In this document: positions 28,700 through 43,075 of the stretch, piece after piece
Position numbering within the stretch: the stretch's first letter is position 1
Layout: every line of letters starts with the position of its first letter
Source of the DNA: the human T2T-CHM13v2.0 reference genome, Homo sapiens
Length of the DNA stretch: 64,000 nt
Assembly (NCBI RefSeq): GCF_009914755.1
Contig: NC_060928.1
Reading direction: 5' to 3' (one strand)
The notes under the pieces: model-generated
The model's input: the letters and a program-made list of their open reading frames with translations, nothing else
Told to the model about the DNA's origin: nothing
Database searches by the model: none
Translations under genes and position numbers: made by a program

Positions 28700-28935
28700 T
28701 GCTGTGGTATGAAGGTTCACGTTCTCTTAAAATTCACATGGTGAATCCTAGGCCCCTACGTGATAATATTAGGAGGTGGAGCCTTTGGGAGGTGATTAGG
28801 CGTGAGATCCCTCATGAATAGGATTAGTGCTCTTATAAAAGAAGTCCCAGAGAGTTGCCCTACTTCTTCAACCATGTGAGGTTACAGTGAGAAGATATCT
28901 GTCATCAGAAGAAGCAGGCCATCATTACTAGACAG
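28700..28935 (+). mobile_element. MLT1A-like MaLR LTR, 5' part
   Basis: tattaggaggtggagcctttgggaggtgattagg...ggattagtgctcttataaaaga...ccatgtgaggttacagtgagaagat. Confidence 0.8.
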
Positions 28936-29079
28936 TTTCCAAATGTCTTTATTAGATTCACTTTAAATATTATTGGCAAAAATATCACAGAATGATTATC
29001 TGCTCCTTCAATTACATTTCATGAGGTAATAGCTAATGTAGATTTGCCCCACCACCTGTGACATTAACTATGCTATTTA

Positions 29080-30035
29080 TAGGACCCCAAGGGCTTCTTG
29101 GAGACATGGCTGGTTTCAAGGTTGGGGAAAATACATTTTTGTGACAGAAGTTATAAATTGCTCAACGAATAATGGGAATATGTCAAAAGGACAAGGAAAG
29201 GACTCCCATGTGAGAATCAATGTAGAATATAATAGTAAAAGATTATAATTCTATTGTATATGTTTTACTGATACAAATAAGCTGAATGAATATATTGGAC
29301 CACTAGGGAGGTATAGTTTATGTAATAATGCCAACTAGTAATTTTGAAGTAAAAAAGAAATTAGATAAATTACTATTTTGCAACCCTCATAGTTACAGTT
29401 AATTGAGGCAAGAAACATCAATAATTGCTAACAATAGTACATAATATTTAGGTAAGGAAGAATAGTTATGGAATGTCAAAGTATGGTCCCATGAAATATT
29501 ATTAACAATAAGAGAAAAGTAAGAATACCTCTGCAGTGGAGAAATAGCACCTTTTTCAAATGATCAAAATTAACATCACAAATGGTAGGACAATTCTACA
29601 CTGGGTAATACCTTATGGGATGCAGTAAGAAAAGAAGAAGATTCTTCTGTGATATCTTAGCTAAAATTATATCACCTAAATTTAATATATGAAAATATTA
29701 GATGTACCCAAATGGAAGGGCAAATTACAAAATAACTGGCCTGTAAACATTTAAAGTGTTAAGAACAGAGATTTCAAGAAAAAACTAAGAAAACATTCCA
29801 GATGGAAAAGGACTAAATAGATGAATGACAAATAAAATGAGCAATACTGGATTAAATTATCTTTCTATAAAAGACATTACTGAGCTAATTGTCAAAATCA
29901 GTGCGGGTACTGAGAATTACATGGTATTATTGTATTAGTGTTAATTTTCTAATTTATATGGTTATAATACCAAAATATGAACCTTGCTTGTAGGCAATAT
30001 ATACTGCAGCATTTAGTAATAATGAAGAATCATGT
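29080..30035 (+). mobile_element. L1MC-type 3'UTR
   Basis: cagtggagaaat...aaatgatcaaaattaacatcac...caaaataactggcctgta...tattagtgttaattttct. Confidence 0.65.
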
Positions 30036-33000
30036 CAAAAGGGACTTCTCAATAAAAATAGTTTATTATATAATTCTTTTGGTATTTCTGTATGTTTAAT
30101 ATTTTCAACTTCAAAAAAATTGTATTTGTAGTATGGAATAAATTTTAGTATATTTACCCTTTTAAATACATACTCTACTTTGTAAAGATACATGTATGTA
30201 AAACACACTTTTAAAATGATTACAGTACATATTTTCAGGGTATCATTAGCTTTAGGTAATCTTTCTTTGCAGACTTGCTTATACATCATATTAATCATAT
30301 TAAAACATCGGTCAAGAATATTAAACTTGATATAAATCTAAGTTTATTATATTAAATTGATTTATATTGTGTTGCCCTGATGAGTAGAAATCATGTTAGA
30401 TATATTGTGAAAAATGAATCATTTTTTATAGCTTTCATCTGATATTTTTGAAGAATCAAATATGATTATAATATTTGAAAATAATTCGTCACTAGGCACT
30501 GTTTATTTGCTGATGTAATTTTTTTATGCCATACAAATGTAGGTAATGAGGCAAACTATAAAGATGAACCTTATCAAAAGGATAATCTGTATCAGATCAT
30601 CAGGTGACTACTAAAATAAATGGTTCAGAAATTTTCAAAATATATTGTTTTGTATTTAGTACATTTAATTTTGCATAATGGTTTCCAGGGCTTTAAAACA
30701 CTAGATATTTGCAAATTAATATTTCTCTTATCATTTATATTATTCTGATATTTTATATTTAAGGCTGAACCTTGCTTTACTAGGCTGTTTTTAACATTCT
30801 TTAACACGATGAAATTAGGTATGATTTAGTCAGCTAGAGGAAAATTGCTTTTAAGCAGGTCTAAGGAGAGGAAAATTCATCTTATATGACTGCATTTTCA
30901 AAAACAATGGCTGTATAAAGCAAAGAGACTTTTATACTTCATTACTTACGGGCCCACATTGACCCAAGGAAGATTCATGAAAAGCAAGTACCTGAAGCTG
31001 ATCATGCTGATTGAACAACTTTGGTGCATTCCCAGGATTTTCTGAAAGTCTGTTTCATCTGTGGGTTTTGCATTTTAGGCCATTTAAAAGCAATAAATGT
31101 GTTTCTTTTTATATTTGGAATCAATTCTGTTAAGCTTCAGTGTTCTATCTATATCCACCTCTTGCACTCTATTTCCTAAATAACCTCCCTGCTCATTAGC
31201 AATGCTTCTTAAATGCTGAAGGCAATGAAGTACGCTCATATAATTCGTGTTCAAATTGTAAAAATGACCTCAAAGGTACAGAATTATTGTGTGATTCTTC
31301 CACCTTTGAAGTCATTACTGCTTAATTTTTCACTGTTGCCTAAGTGCCACAGAAACATTAGTAGTGGATTTATGGTTACTAATAGGGTACTTAAAGTCCA
31401 AATGTAAAGACCTCATCAAACTCTTGGTATTTGCATATACAGTGCAGATAATTAAGTGGCTGATTGGCAATGCTTCCTCCTTGCTGCCGTTGGGGTATTC
31501 AAAGATGACAGGCTATTTAAAATAATATGTTTCTCAGAATTAACTCTGTGTTAAGAATGTCCAGGCCTATATATTTCAGGGTTTATGGAACTTCATTTGC
31601 AATACTGCTGTGTTACGCTTTACATTAAGGTTAACATAAAATAGTTACATTTCATATAAAACCTATAAGTTGTGGGCATAAAGTAATTCTTTGTTTTGCT
31701 TTGCTTTAGTAAATTTTATGGTCTCTTTTTATCAACCTGAGTTGGTAGCATTTGCTTAAGAATAGCTAGAGAATCTATACTGTTTACAATATTTATTTTA
31801 TAAAATAATTAGCAATATGTGAAGATAAAATGCAACAAGTTGATGAGGACACTTATTTTGTTCTAAAGTTGGCATAAATATTTTCTTAATTAGATTTAGT
31901 TTGCTTGCTCTCCTTCATTTACTTTAATCTTTGAAAACAGTAACTCTAAATATTTATTTTAATGTTTCAGAGTTTACAATGTATTTGGAAAGGCATTATC
32001 TAATTTGATACTCACAATAGATCTATAAGCTGAATAACTAATATCTAGATTTTCAGCTACAAAACCTTGTTATTTAAAATCAAATGAGATAAGCACAGTC
32101 TATTTTTGTTTTCCATTTACATATATCAAGCATGTTTTATATAATTCCAACTCAAATTGTGTATGGAATCTGAAACAGCAGATAATAATTATTTTCATAG
32201 TCTTGATACTGCTTTATCAATTGCATGCCTCTTAAATAGCAAAAACCTCTTCCTTCTATTCTAAATAAAAAATGTGGTAATAGAAATGTACTCTGTAGTT
32301 TTGGAATTAAATAACTATTCTAAATATTTGTTTAAGTCTTTTCTGAAATGACAAATTTTATTCAACAGTTGTTTATTGAGCTCTTATTTTGAAACAGCTG
32401 AAGGGAATAAAAACATAGCCCATGAGTATATTATTGTTCTTTTTTATTACAGGGTACTTTTTGAAAACACATTTAACTTAATGATAAATGGGAAACAGGG
32501 TTATAGGATCTTATGGTAAACTGTACAATTTTAAGGATTGTGGAAGCACAGAGTTACATGTGTTTTTCAAGGATTGGACGCTAAGGCATGCCACAAAATT
32601 AATAATCTTATACAGAATATTGGGAGGGATTTAGGGGAAAATACTGTATTTGTAAGTTAGTAACTAGATTTAGAATAAAACTTTGTGTTCAATAAGAAGT
32701 AGAATCTGGACAAACATCACACAAATATTGTGTTGCAAAAGACTTCATTTCTAGCAGAAGTAGAATGGAAGCTATTGGCATATAACTAGGAGGACAGTTT
32801 TTCAACAATTTCAAAAATTTCAACAATTTACAACTCAATATTTTCCTAATAATACATCTAAATTCCTCACATTGCAATTTAAAATTATACCCTTCCTCAG
32901 TTGATTGAAAATAACCAAAACCAATCAAATAAATATAAATATCACCATCACCACTGCCACTAACACCACAAAACAACAATACCAACAAAACACCAAGAAA

Positions 33001-35039
33001 GAAAACAAAGAAAATTTACATTTTCTTCTTCCAGTATTTGAGGTCTCCAAATTTTGAGATTTCCCCCATTTGTCTGTGAAAATATTGCCTCTCTTTGACA
33101 TACTTATTTTCCCACCTTTTTCGTAGCTAGGGCAAAGGCTGTGGCCAAAGATACATCAATTCAAAGAGTCCTGACCAGAGTTTGACTGATGTCTTGGAGT
33201 CATAACAGTAGCTATGAAGAAAACATACATAAGTAATACCTGCAAACAAAAGGTAATATGGTGCAGGGAGTACTACTGCATGTAGCAAATTCAAGTTCCT
33301 GACACAGAAATGCTAATAGTACAAATTGCAGAGCGTAGTGCACAGTGGTAGTGGGAGAGATTTCCTCTTTTTTCTGGCAATATTTTAGACATAAATCTAA
33401 CAGTGCAGCTTTGAGAGTAATTATTCATCTCTGCTTGTGCTACCTTGATTGGCTCAAAGTTCAGCTATCAAAACAAAACCCAAAGCACATCCATATAATA
33501 TTTGATTACAGAATCAAGGTATAAAGCTTATTATTGATTCATTTTTCCTTCTGTGAACTTGGTTAATTGTTTCCAAACTTTATTTCACATGTGAGGCTCA
33601 AATTATCTGTCATATTACATTATAGGTCATTAATTTAATTTGAGTAGCTTCTATAAGATCACAATGTAGTATTATCTAAACTCTGAACTGCCAGAAATGA
33701 ATATAAGAAAAAATAGAATTAAAATGAAACACAAAAAATATTATTTGAAATTAAGTGACATTTTTCAGGCTATCCTTGTGTTACCACAATTGTCTAAGCT
33801 TAAAAATTATTTCAAGATAACTGAGAAATTAAAGGTGTGAAGTAAATTTTTTGTACATTTTGCTGCATACCCAGTAATAATGATTTTTTTTGTTTGTTTG
33901 GGTTTTATTTTTCCCCCTGAACTGAAAAAGAGAGGAATTATTTTGAGTGCTTTTCTTTCTCATTTTAAAACTTTCCACCAGGTCAAAAGATCATGATTTT
34001 CTTTTTATCTTGCTATGTCATGTACTTTCAAATTTGACAAAACCAACAGGGAAATAGTGGTCATTTAACATTCTCAGCAACCTTGAAGAACATATGTTCT
34101 ATAGTCATTTAATATCAATTTATAGAGAAATTTCTATGACAAATATATTTATGACAATCAGTCCTTGACAACCCCTGGGTACTGTCTTTAAACTATGACA
34201 TTTGTAGATGTTAGATGTCTTTCTTACTGCTGCAAAACCTAGCAAGATGTATAGTAAACAGAAAGATGCTGTATTCTTTCAAGAATACAAAGAGTTAGAC
34301 TACCAGTAGAAGATATATTAATGATTAGCTGAATGAAGACTGACATCATGCCATCAAGTAATTATATATTCAGTATATTGTTCTCTATGCAGAAAAATAA
34401 TACATTAATTTTTATCTGACATCTGTCCATTCACTTTTCTACCTTTATAAGTGCTTTGCCAATTTGATTTGGAAGATTTCTGCTTGATATGCTGATTTCA
34501 TATAATGACGTCCTCTTAAAACTGTTTAGACAAATTCATACTAATATTCTGTTACAGATTGTCTCCCGCCTTAAAATGAGAAATTCTCTTATCTCTTCAT
34601 GTGAGAAGGAGAATTACTGTGTCATGAAATCTTCAGTTTGGAAGGACAAGTTCCATGAAGAGTAGGAATCTACAAAAGACCTTCCACTACATGAAGTAAA
34701 ATCTTTGTATTATTATTTCAAACCACCCCATTCCTGTTTAGTTATAACAAAACACCACTCTTTGTTATGCTCACTTCATTAACTGGAATAGGACATTCAA
34801 GAGACATTGAAATCTTTACACCAGCCCCTCCACCACATAAAAGGAGCAACTCTTCAGTGTATTCTAGAAAATTCATCATTTATTTCTGTAACACCGAACG
34901 TTATAAGTACTACACACAAATGACTCAAATTCACATCGTCTTTTAGATGCTCAGCAACTACGGCATAACATTTAAGAGATAATTGGACTAGATTTTTTTT
35001 TTTTAAATTTTACTGTCTAAATATATTATCCATGTTCCC

Positions 35040-35452
35040 CACTGTATCAACGGACTGAATCAACAAATTCCCTTACTTAGTATCTTCTAGCTGGGTTGTG
35101 CCAATAGGAGAGACTAGGAGGAAATTGGAGGATTGTGAAGGAAAAAAGACACTATTTATTTTCCTCACTCTCCCCTGCCAAGTTACTGAAATGCGGTTTT
35201 CTTATTATACCATATAGCTTCACTACTGTCGGTATGCCCTTTCTTAGAACTACATTTTACTCATCCTGTTAAAATTTTCTTACAGTTTCCCCTTTGGATA
35301 GCCATATCATAGTTCTTTGGGTATTTTATCATCCACACTGCTGGCCCTCCTAAACGCTGCACATGACACTTTCAATGGTCCTACATTATGCTTTCTTTAA
35401 TTAAACATATTGATATAAATGTTTTATCTCAAAAAGATTCCGACTAATACAC
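35040..35452 (+). mobile_element. LTR33/LTR16-like ancient ERVL LTR
   Basis: ctagctgggttgtgccaataggagagactaggaggaaattggagg; ends gactaataca. Confidence 0.45.
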
Positions 35453-35494
35453 AAATCTCAATGTTTCCTCCTTACAAAATTAAAGAAAAATATA

Positions 35495-35846
35495 GTGTGT
35501 TCTTGAAACCCAGGGCCCTGGTGGTATAGGCACACGAGGGAATCTCCTGGTATGCGGGTTGCAAAAACCGTGGGAAAAGCATAGTATCCAGGCGGGATAG
35601 CACAGTCCCTCATGGCTTCCCTTGACTGGGAAAGGGAGGCTCCTCCGCTCCTTGCACTTCCCAGGTGAGGCGATGCCCCACCCTGTTACTGCTCACCCTC
35701 TGTGGACTGCACCCACTGCCTAATCAGTCCCAATGAGATTAACAGGGTACCTTAGTTGGAAATGCAGAAATCATCCACCTCCTGAGTTGTTCTCGCTGGA
35801 GAGCTGCAGACGGGACTGTTCCTATTCGGCCATCTTGCTAGCAGCC
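35495..35846 (-). mobile_element. Isolated L1PA7/8-like 5'UTR fragment (first ~350 nt)
   Basis: gttggaaatgcagaaatca...gagctgcagac...ctgttcctattcggccatcttg is the antisense of the L1PA 5' end, including the YY1 site. Confidence 0.88.
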
Positions 35847-36850
35847 TAATGAATGTAGAATAAATGGATTATTTCCTAGGATGATATAATAATTCTAAAT
35901 TGTATGCACATAATAAGATAGCTTTAAGTATATAGAGCAAATGACAGAATTACAAAGTAATATAGATATTTCTACAATCATAGTGGAGAATATGAACACA
36001 TTTATTCTAAAATATCATAGGAAAGGCAACCAAAATATAAACAAGAATATAGATCTTAAGTATATTGTTAACCAGTTTAACGTAATTGACAAATATAAAA
36101 CACTGTATGCAATGAGAGAATATACACTATTTTAAGTGCGCTTGAAACATTTAACATAACTAATCATAATGTGTTATAGAGCACAGACAATTCTCTCATG
36201 GAGTTTAGTTATAATACAGTGCCAAAATACATAGAAACATCATCTAAATTGTTAAAATTTAAAATGGGATTTAAAATTAAGTATTAAAATTGGTAAAGTA
36301 GAAAATCACAATAGAAAAACAGAATGGAATTTAAACTAAAGTACAAGGAAAATGTGAAATTCAAAAATTTGTTGGATATATCCATAGCAATCATTAGAAG
36401 GAAATTATGTATCTTAAATGAATATATTATAAAAAGAGTGTGACAAACAGCGGCTTAAGTATTCATCTCAAGAATGTAGAAAAGAAAAAGTAAATCATAC
36501 CTAAAGGAAATAGAAGAAAGGAAGAACAAAATTTAATGACATTATAAGATTCATAATAAATTGACAAAGTCAAATATTAGTTTCTTGCAAATGAATACAC
36601 ACACACACACACACACACACAAAATTACCCTGAGATAAGCGCAAAAAAAAAAAAAATTAAGCAATATGTGTGAAAGATCATAACTGAAAATCTTATACAT
36701 ATTGAAAAATGAGGATGTAACATTTTGTTAATTAACTTAAAATTTTAGATAAAAAGCTAACCTAGCCAAATTAAAGCAAGAAAAATATATATAGGCTGAA
36801 TACACTTACATCTACTAAAAAATAGAATTTATAAAACATTATGACAAGTT

Positions 36851-37202
<352 letters not shown>

Positions 37203-37768
37203 TTATATACATGTATATAAAATAGTGTTTATGTGTATAAATATAAACATGTATATATTACACACTCACATACACTAAGGATTTACAAGAAATGAAAATT
37301 CCAGTGTAATGAGTATATTGCAGATACTAAACCAAGTATTAGCAAATATGATCTAGAGATCATATGAAATTATAATGCATTATAAACAAGGTACATTTGT
37401 TGTAGTTTAAGCCTAATTGAATATTCAAAATTCAATTAACTTAATATGCTATATTAATATGATATAGGAGAATTGTAACATGATCATCTCAATAGATACC
37501 ATAATACCATTTCATTAAATACAGCTCTCATTTATGTTGCAAATACTTAGCAATATGAGAAAATTTACTAATCCTGATAAAAATATCTTCAAAAAAACAT
37601 AAAATACAAATATGTAATTAAGAATTATTAAAATATTGGTACCAAGAAGATATCCTCTATTAACACTGCTATTTACCATTATACAGAATTTTTCAATAAG
37701 GCAAAAAGAAAAAAATAATTATGGTATATAAAATGTAAGAGGCTAAATTGCAAGTATTTTCAGAATAT

Positions 37769-38133
37769 TGATATGGTTTGGCAGGGTCCCCACCCAAATC
37801 TCATCTTGAATTGTATCTCCCATAATTCTCATGTGTTGTAGGAGAGACCTGGTGGAAGATAATTGAATCATGGGGACAATTTCCCCCATACTGTGCTTGT
37901 CATACTGAAAACATTTCACAAGAGCTGATGGTTTTATAAGGAACAACTCCAATTCATTTGGATATCATTCTCTCTCTTGCTTGCCACCATGTAAGATGTG
38001 CCTTTTGCCTTCTGCCATGATTGTGAGGCTTCTCCAGGCACATGGAACAGTGAGTCCATTTAACCTCTTTTTCTTTATAAATAACCCAGTCTCGGGTATG
38101 TCTTTATCAGCAGCATGAGAACAGACTAATGCA
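37769..38133 (+). mobile_element. THE1C-like solo LTR
   Basis: tgatatggtttgg...gactaatgca; 5-bp TSD aatat on both sides. Confidence 0.93.
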
Positions 38134-38359
38134 AATATATAATTGCATGCATATAAAATTTAAGAACATATAGATAATTTAATCTGTTAATAAGTGGATA
38201 TAGTGAGGTCTCTGTATGAAAGTCATTTTACTAAAATTAGTTGTATTCCAATATATCAACAATCAAATAGTAAAAACAAAATATATAAAGGATACCATTT
38301 ACGATAGCACCCAAAAACTGAGAAATAATTTAGTAAAAAATTAATTTATATACAGGCTT

Positions 38360-38915
38360 GTGATATTGTTTCAAAATAGTAAAGTAAAAACTACTCTACC
38401 CTGGATAACCTTTAGGTTTCTGGTTTAAGGTTAGCTACAAGATGAGATTGTGAAACATTTTGGAGATAGAAGTGAAGCTGCGGTTATTATGCTCTGAAAA
38501 TTGATGTAGGTCTGCAAGCTCTGTTGCATCTTAGGAACAACATCACTCACCTACTGGCTTTACTTGCTGTAGAAGAGGACTATGTTTGTATGCTGCCACA
38601 AGCATGAAAAGTATTAGCTTCTCCTCCAGATAATCTTCATTGTAGATTTTGGAGGCAATGAGAGACAAGGGTAAACTATTTTTTTTTCTCATGTGTTCTA
38701 TATTGCCCTTGCTCTATGTGACTCTAATCCAACTTTTCTTCCAAACTGTTGATCCTACTGACCTATAGGGATTTCATGGCCACCAACCAAAGCATATGCA
38801 ATAAGTTAATAAAGTCTTCTTCATCAATTCTCAAAATTGAATTATGTCTAATTCTGGTATATTTTTGATTCTATATAACTGGATGAGTGCTGCTTCTCTG
38901 AATAGTTTAATGGAA
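38360..38915 (+). mobile_element. LTR41/LTR33-like ancient ERVL LTR
   Basis: tttggagatagaagtgaagc...; 3' tgctgcttctctgaa. Confidence 0.4.
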
Positions 38916-40508
38916 AATAAAAAGGCACTATAAATAATTTCCAAAATAAAATCTTTAAAATTTCCAAAACAAAAACAAAAACTTAAAAACTCTGAATTGA
39001 TTATGTGTTAGACTTAAATCTTAATGGCCCTATGGCAAGTACCTTTATTTTCCCTCAATATTTCAGCCATATGTACAAACTGTAGACTTGTAGCATTTCT
39101 TACTCACTGACAAGATTCTATATAGCATTGCTTCTGAAAAAAAATCTTATTTTACAAAAAATGAACTGCAGCTATTGACTTATGATCACAGAATTAGCAG
39201 TGGTAGCAAGTTCATCATCATGCTGAAGTAGACTCTCTGATAGAATAATAGATGATGTTTTAAAGATTTATTGAATTGACAGTTAAATTACTCTAAAGTG
39301 TCCACAAAATTAGCACCACAATTCCATCATTGACATGGGGATTGTGATATTTATTTGAATATATAAATGACCAGTGTACCCAAAATGATGAGAAAGAACC
39401 AAGCTGAAAGACTATTCCCACACATAAAGACTTTTAAAGCTACATCAATTAAAACAACAGGATGCTGGTTAGACCATTGGAACAGAAGCAAATACACACT
39501 TGCACAGATGTAGTAATTCTGATTTATGACAAAAGAAACCCTATATGGTGACGAAGAATATTAATAGGTCAATGGGATGTATTTGATGTATTTATGTAAA
39601 CATAAACTTGATTATATGTTGTGTCATAAATAGTAAAGAAATCCAGGTGGATTATGGATCTAAATATGAAAATTAAAACAACAAAGATTCTACAGTTCAT
39701 GTGTCAGCTTAGGCACGTAATAAGTTGGAAGTTGTTACTTTTATCCTCACAACAAGTAAAAGCTGAACAAACTGATAATCAATCCTTACTTAGACTGATC
39801 AGAGAACTGAGGTTGTAGGGCAAAGCTCTACCTCAAAATTTGGAGAGTTAGGAGAACCTAGAGAATCACATCTGAGATCTGCTTACTTGGAGCAGGAGCT
39901 ACTAGAACCCTAAACTGGTAGGAACATTCAACTGGAAAGTTTGACAAATTAACTAGAGGCTGAGTATAGACTAGAGTGAAACTTAGAAACTCCCCAGACA
40001 TGTGAATTTAGTGGATCCACAAACTTTGCTTTTTATTTTTGGTTTTATTTCCAGGACCCTTACTAGGTTCTAGTAGTGAAGAGCGAGAGAGATATTCTTG
40101 TGGCTCTGATAAATGGAAGGGATGGGTAACCGTTTGTAAAATACACTCGGAGTATTCTCCATAAAAAGGCCTAGTCTAGTAGTGGGAGAGACTTAGGCAG
40201 AGCTTTATTCTACCTCAGGGATGGGCATCTCTCCTACTCTAGCCCTCTCTAGCTTTCCTGACTCACCTAAGGAAATGGAAAAGTAAGAAACGCTTTTGAA
40301 GGTCATAGCCCAGGGATACAGGGCTCACTCAAAGACAGATTTAATTGCAAGATTACAGAATGCTTTCCATCCCCCACACCTTTATCTCCCCACCAAGAGG
40401 GTTCTTGCACAGTAAATGCATAACAAGAGAAAGAGCTTCCAAATATATATTCTCTAAAGAGTACTTTGAGAATCCTAGTGTCAACAAGAGAGATAAAAAT
40501 AAGGAGAC

Positions 40509-40700
40509 TGATAGGGTTTGGCTCTGTGTCCCCACCCAAATCTCATGTTGAATTGTAATCACCCAGTGTTGGAAGTGAGGCCTGCTGGGAGGTGATTTGA
40601 TCATGGGGGTGGTTTCTAATGCTTTAGCACCATCCCCTTAGTGCTGTTTCATGATAGAGTTCTTATGAGATCTAGTTGTTTCAAAGTGTGTACCACTTCA

Positions 40701-40735
<35 letters not shown>

Positions 40736-42930
40736 AAGATGTGCTTACTTCCTCTTTGCCTTCCACTGTAATTGCAAGTTTCCTGAGGACTCCCAGACAT
40801 GTTTCCAGTTATACTATGTGGAACTGTGAGTCAATTAAACTTGTTTTCTTCATAAATTACCCAGTATCAGGTAGTTCCTTATAGCAGGGTGAAAATGGAC
40901 TAAACAGAAAATTGGTACCAAAGAAGTATGGCATTGTATAAAGTAACCTCAAAATACAGAAGCAGCTTTGGAAATGGGTAACCGGCAGAGGTTAGAACAG
41001 TTTGGAGGGCTCAAAGAAAACATAAAGATAAAGGAAACTTTAGAACTTCCTAGAGACTTGTTGAATGGTTGTGACCAGAATGCTTATGTAATTTGGACAA
41101 TGAAGCCCAGGCTGAGGTGGTCTCAGATGGAGATGAGGAACTTATTGGGATCTGAGGTGAAGGTCACTCTTACTATGCTTTATCAAAGAGATTGGTGGCA
41201 TTATGCCCCTGTGCTATAGATCGGTGGAACTCTGAACTTGAGAGAGATGATTTAAGGTATCTGGTGCAAGAAATCTTAAGCAACAGTGTTCAAGATGTGA
41301 CTTAGCTGCTTCTAAAAGCCTATGCTCATTTGCATCAACAAAGAAATTATCTGAAACTGGAACTTACATTTAAAAAGGAAGCAGAGCATAAATGTTTGGA
41401 AAATTTGCAGCCTCACCATATCATATAAAAGAAAAACCCATTTTCAAGAGAGAAATTCAAGCTGATTGCAGAGATTTGCATAAGTAAAAAGGAGCAGAAG
41501 GTTAATAGCAAAGAGAATGGGAAAAGTGCCCTGAAGGCATTTCAGAGACCTTTGCAGCAGCCACTCCATCACAGACCTGGGGTCCTAGGAGGAAAAAATA
41601 GTTTTGTAGGCCATGCCCAGGGCCCTGCTGCTCTTTGCAGCCTCAGGACATGGAACTCTGTGTCCAATCCACTCCAGCTTTAGCCATAGCTGAAAGGAGC
41701 CAAGGTACAGCTGGGGCTGTTGCTCTACAGAGTGCAAGCCCCAAGCCTGTCAATATTGGGCCTGTTGATGCACAGAACAGAAGAGTTGAGGCTTTGCTCC
41801 TCTGCCTAGATTTCAGAGGACATATGAAAACACCTGGATGCCCAGGCAGAAGTCTGTTGCAGGGGGGGAGCCCTCATGGAGAACCTCTACAAGGGCAGTG
41901 AGGAGGGGAAACATGGGGTTGGAGCCCCCAAACAGAGTCCTTACAGGGGCACTGCCTAGTGGAGCTGTGAGAAGAGGGCTACCCATTCTCCAGATCCCAG
42001 AACGGTAGATCCACTGACAGTTTGCACCATGCACCTGGAAAAACCATAGGCTGTTTTACTCAACAAGAGCTTGTGAAAGCAGCTGAGCAGGCTGTACCCT
42101 GCAGAGCCACAGGGTGGAGCTTCCCAAGGCCTTGGGAGCCCACACCTTGCATCAGTGTGGTCTGGATGTCAGACACAGACTGAAAGATTATTTTGAAGTT
42201 CTAAGATGTAATGTCTGCCCTGCTGAATTTTAGACTTGCCAACTTGCCTGGGACCTGTATCCACTTTGTTTTGGCCAACTTTTCTCTTTTGGAATAGAAA
42301 CATTTACCCTATGTCTGTACCCCCCATTTTATCTTGGAAGTAAATAACTTTTTTTTTTCTTTTACAGGCTCTTAGGCAGAAGGGACTTGCCTTGTCTCAG
42401 ATAATACTTCAGACTTGGACTTTTGAGTTAATGCTGAAATGAGTTAGGACTTAGTGAAACTCTTGGGAAGGTATTAATGTGTTGTGAAATGTGAGAAGGA
42501 CCTGAAATTTGGAAGTGGCCAGGGTAGAATGATATGGTTTGGTTCTGTGTCCTCACTCAATTTTCATATTGAGCTGTAATCCCCCAAGTTTGGAGGTGGG
42601 GCCTAGTGGAAGGTGACTGGAACATGGGAGTGGATTCTATTGGTTTAGGACCATTGCTCTAGTGCTGTCTCATGAAAGAGTTCTCATGAGATCTGGTTGT
42701 TTAAAAGTGTGTAGCACTTCCCCCTTCAGTGTCTCTCTGAACCTCTCCTGCTCTGTCATGGTAAGAGGTGCTAGCTTCCCCTTTGTCTTCTGCCGTGATT
42801 GTAAATTTCCTGAGGCCTTTCACACATGCTGCCTATACAGCTTGTGGAACTGTGAGTTAATTAAACCTCTTTTCATAAATTACTCTGTCTCATGTAGTTC
42901 TTTCTAGCAATGTGAGAATGGACTAATACA
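40509..42930 (+). mobile_element. Complete MSTA-like MaLR provirus (LTR 40509-40906, internal 40907-42529, LTR 42530-42930)
   Basis: Two homologous TG...CA LTRs; internal region starts gaaaattggtacca; TSD gagac/gatac. Confidence 0.93.
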
Positions 42931-43029
42931 GATACTATGGGAATTTGAAGACTCTGACACCTACAACTATAACTAACACATTGTCTAATTAGATATAAAT
43001 TACAATTTATCTCCTAGCCAGTTTGACAA

Positions 43030-43072
<43 letters not shown>
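43030..43072. repeat. (AC)n microsatellite
   Basis: Direct read. Confidence 0.95.

Positions 43073-43075
<3 letters not shown>

Noticed and set aside
24067-28935. MLT1A-like 3' half (-) and 5' half (+) as the two breakpoints of a 4.7-kb inversion
   Set aside because: The geometry fits, but the halves overlap in consensus position with different sequence and the expected TSD (cctgg) does not match cagag; more likely two independent fragments
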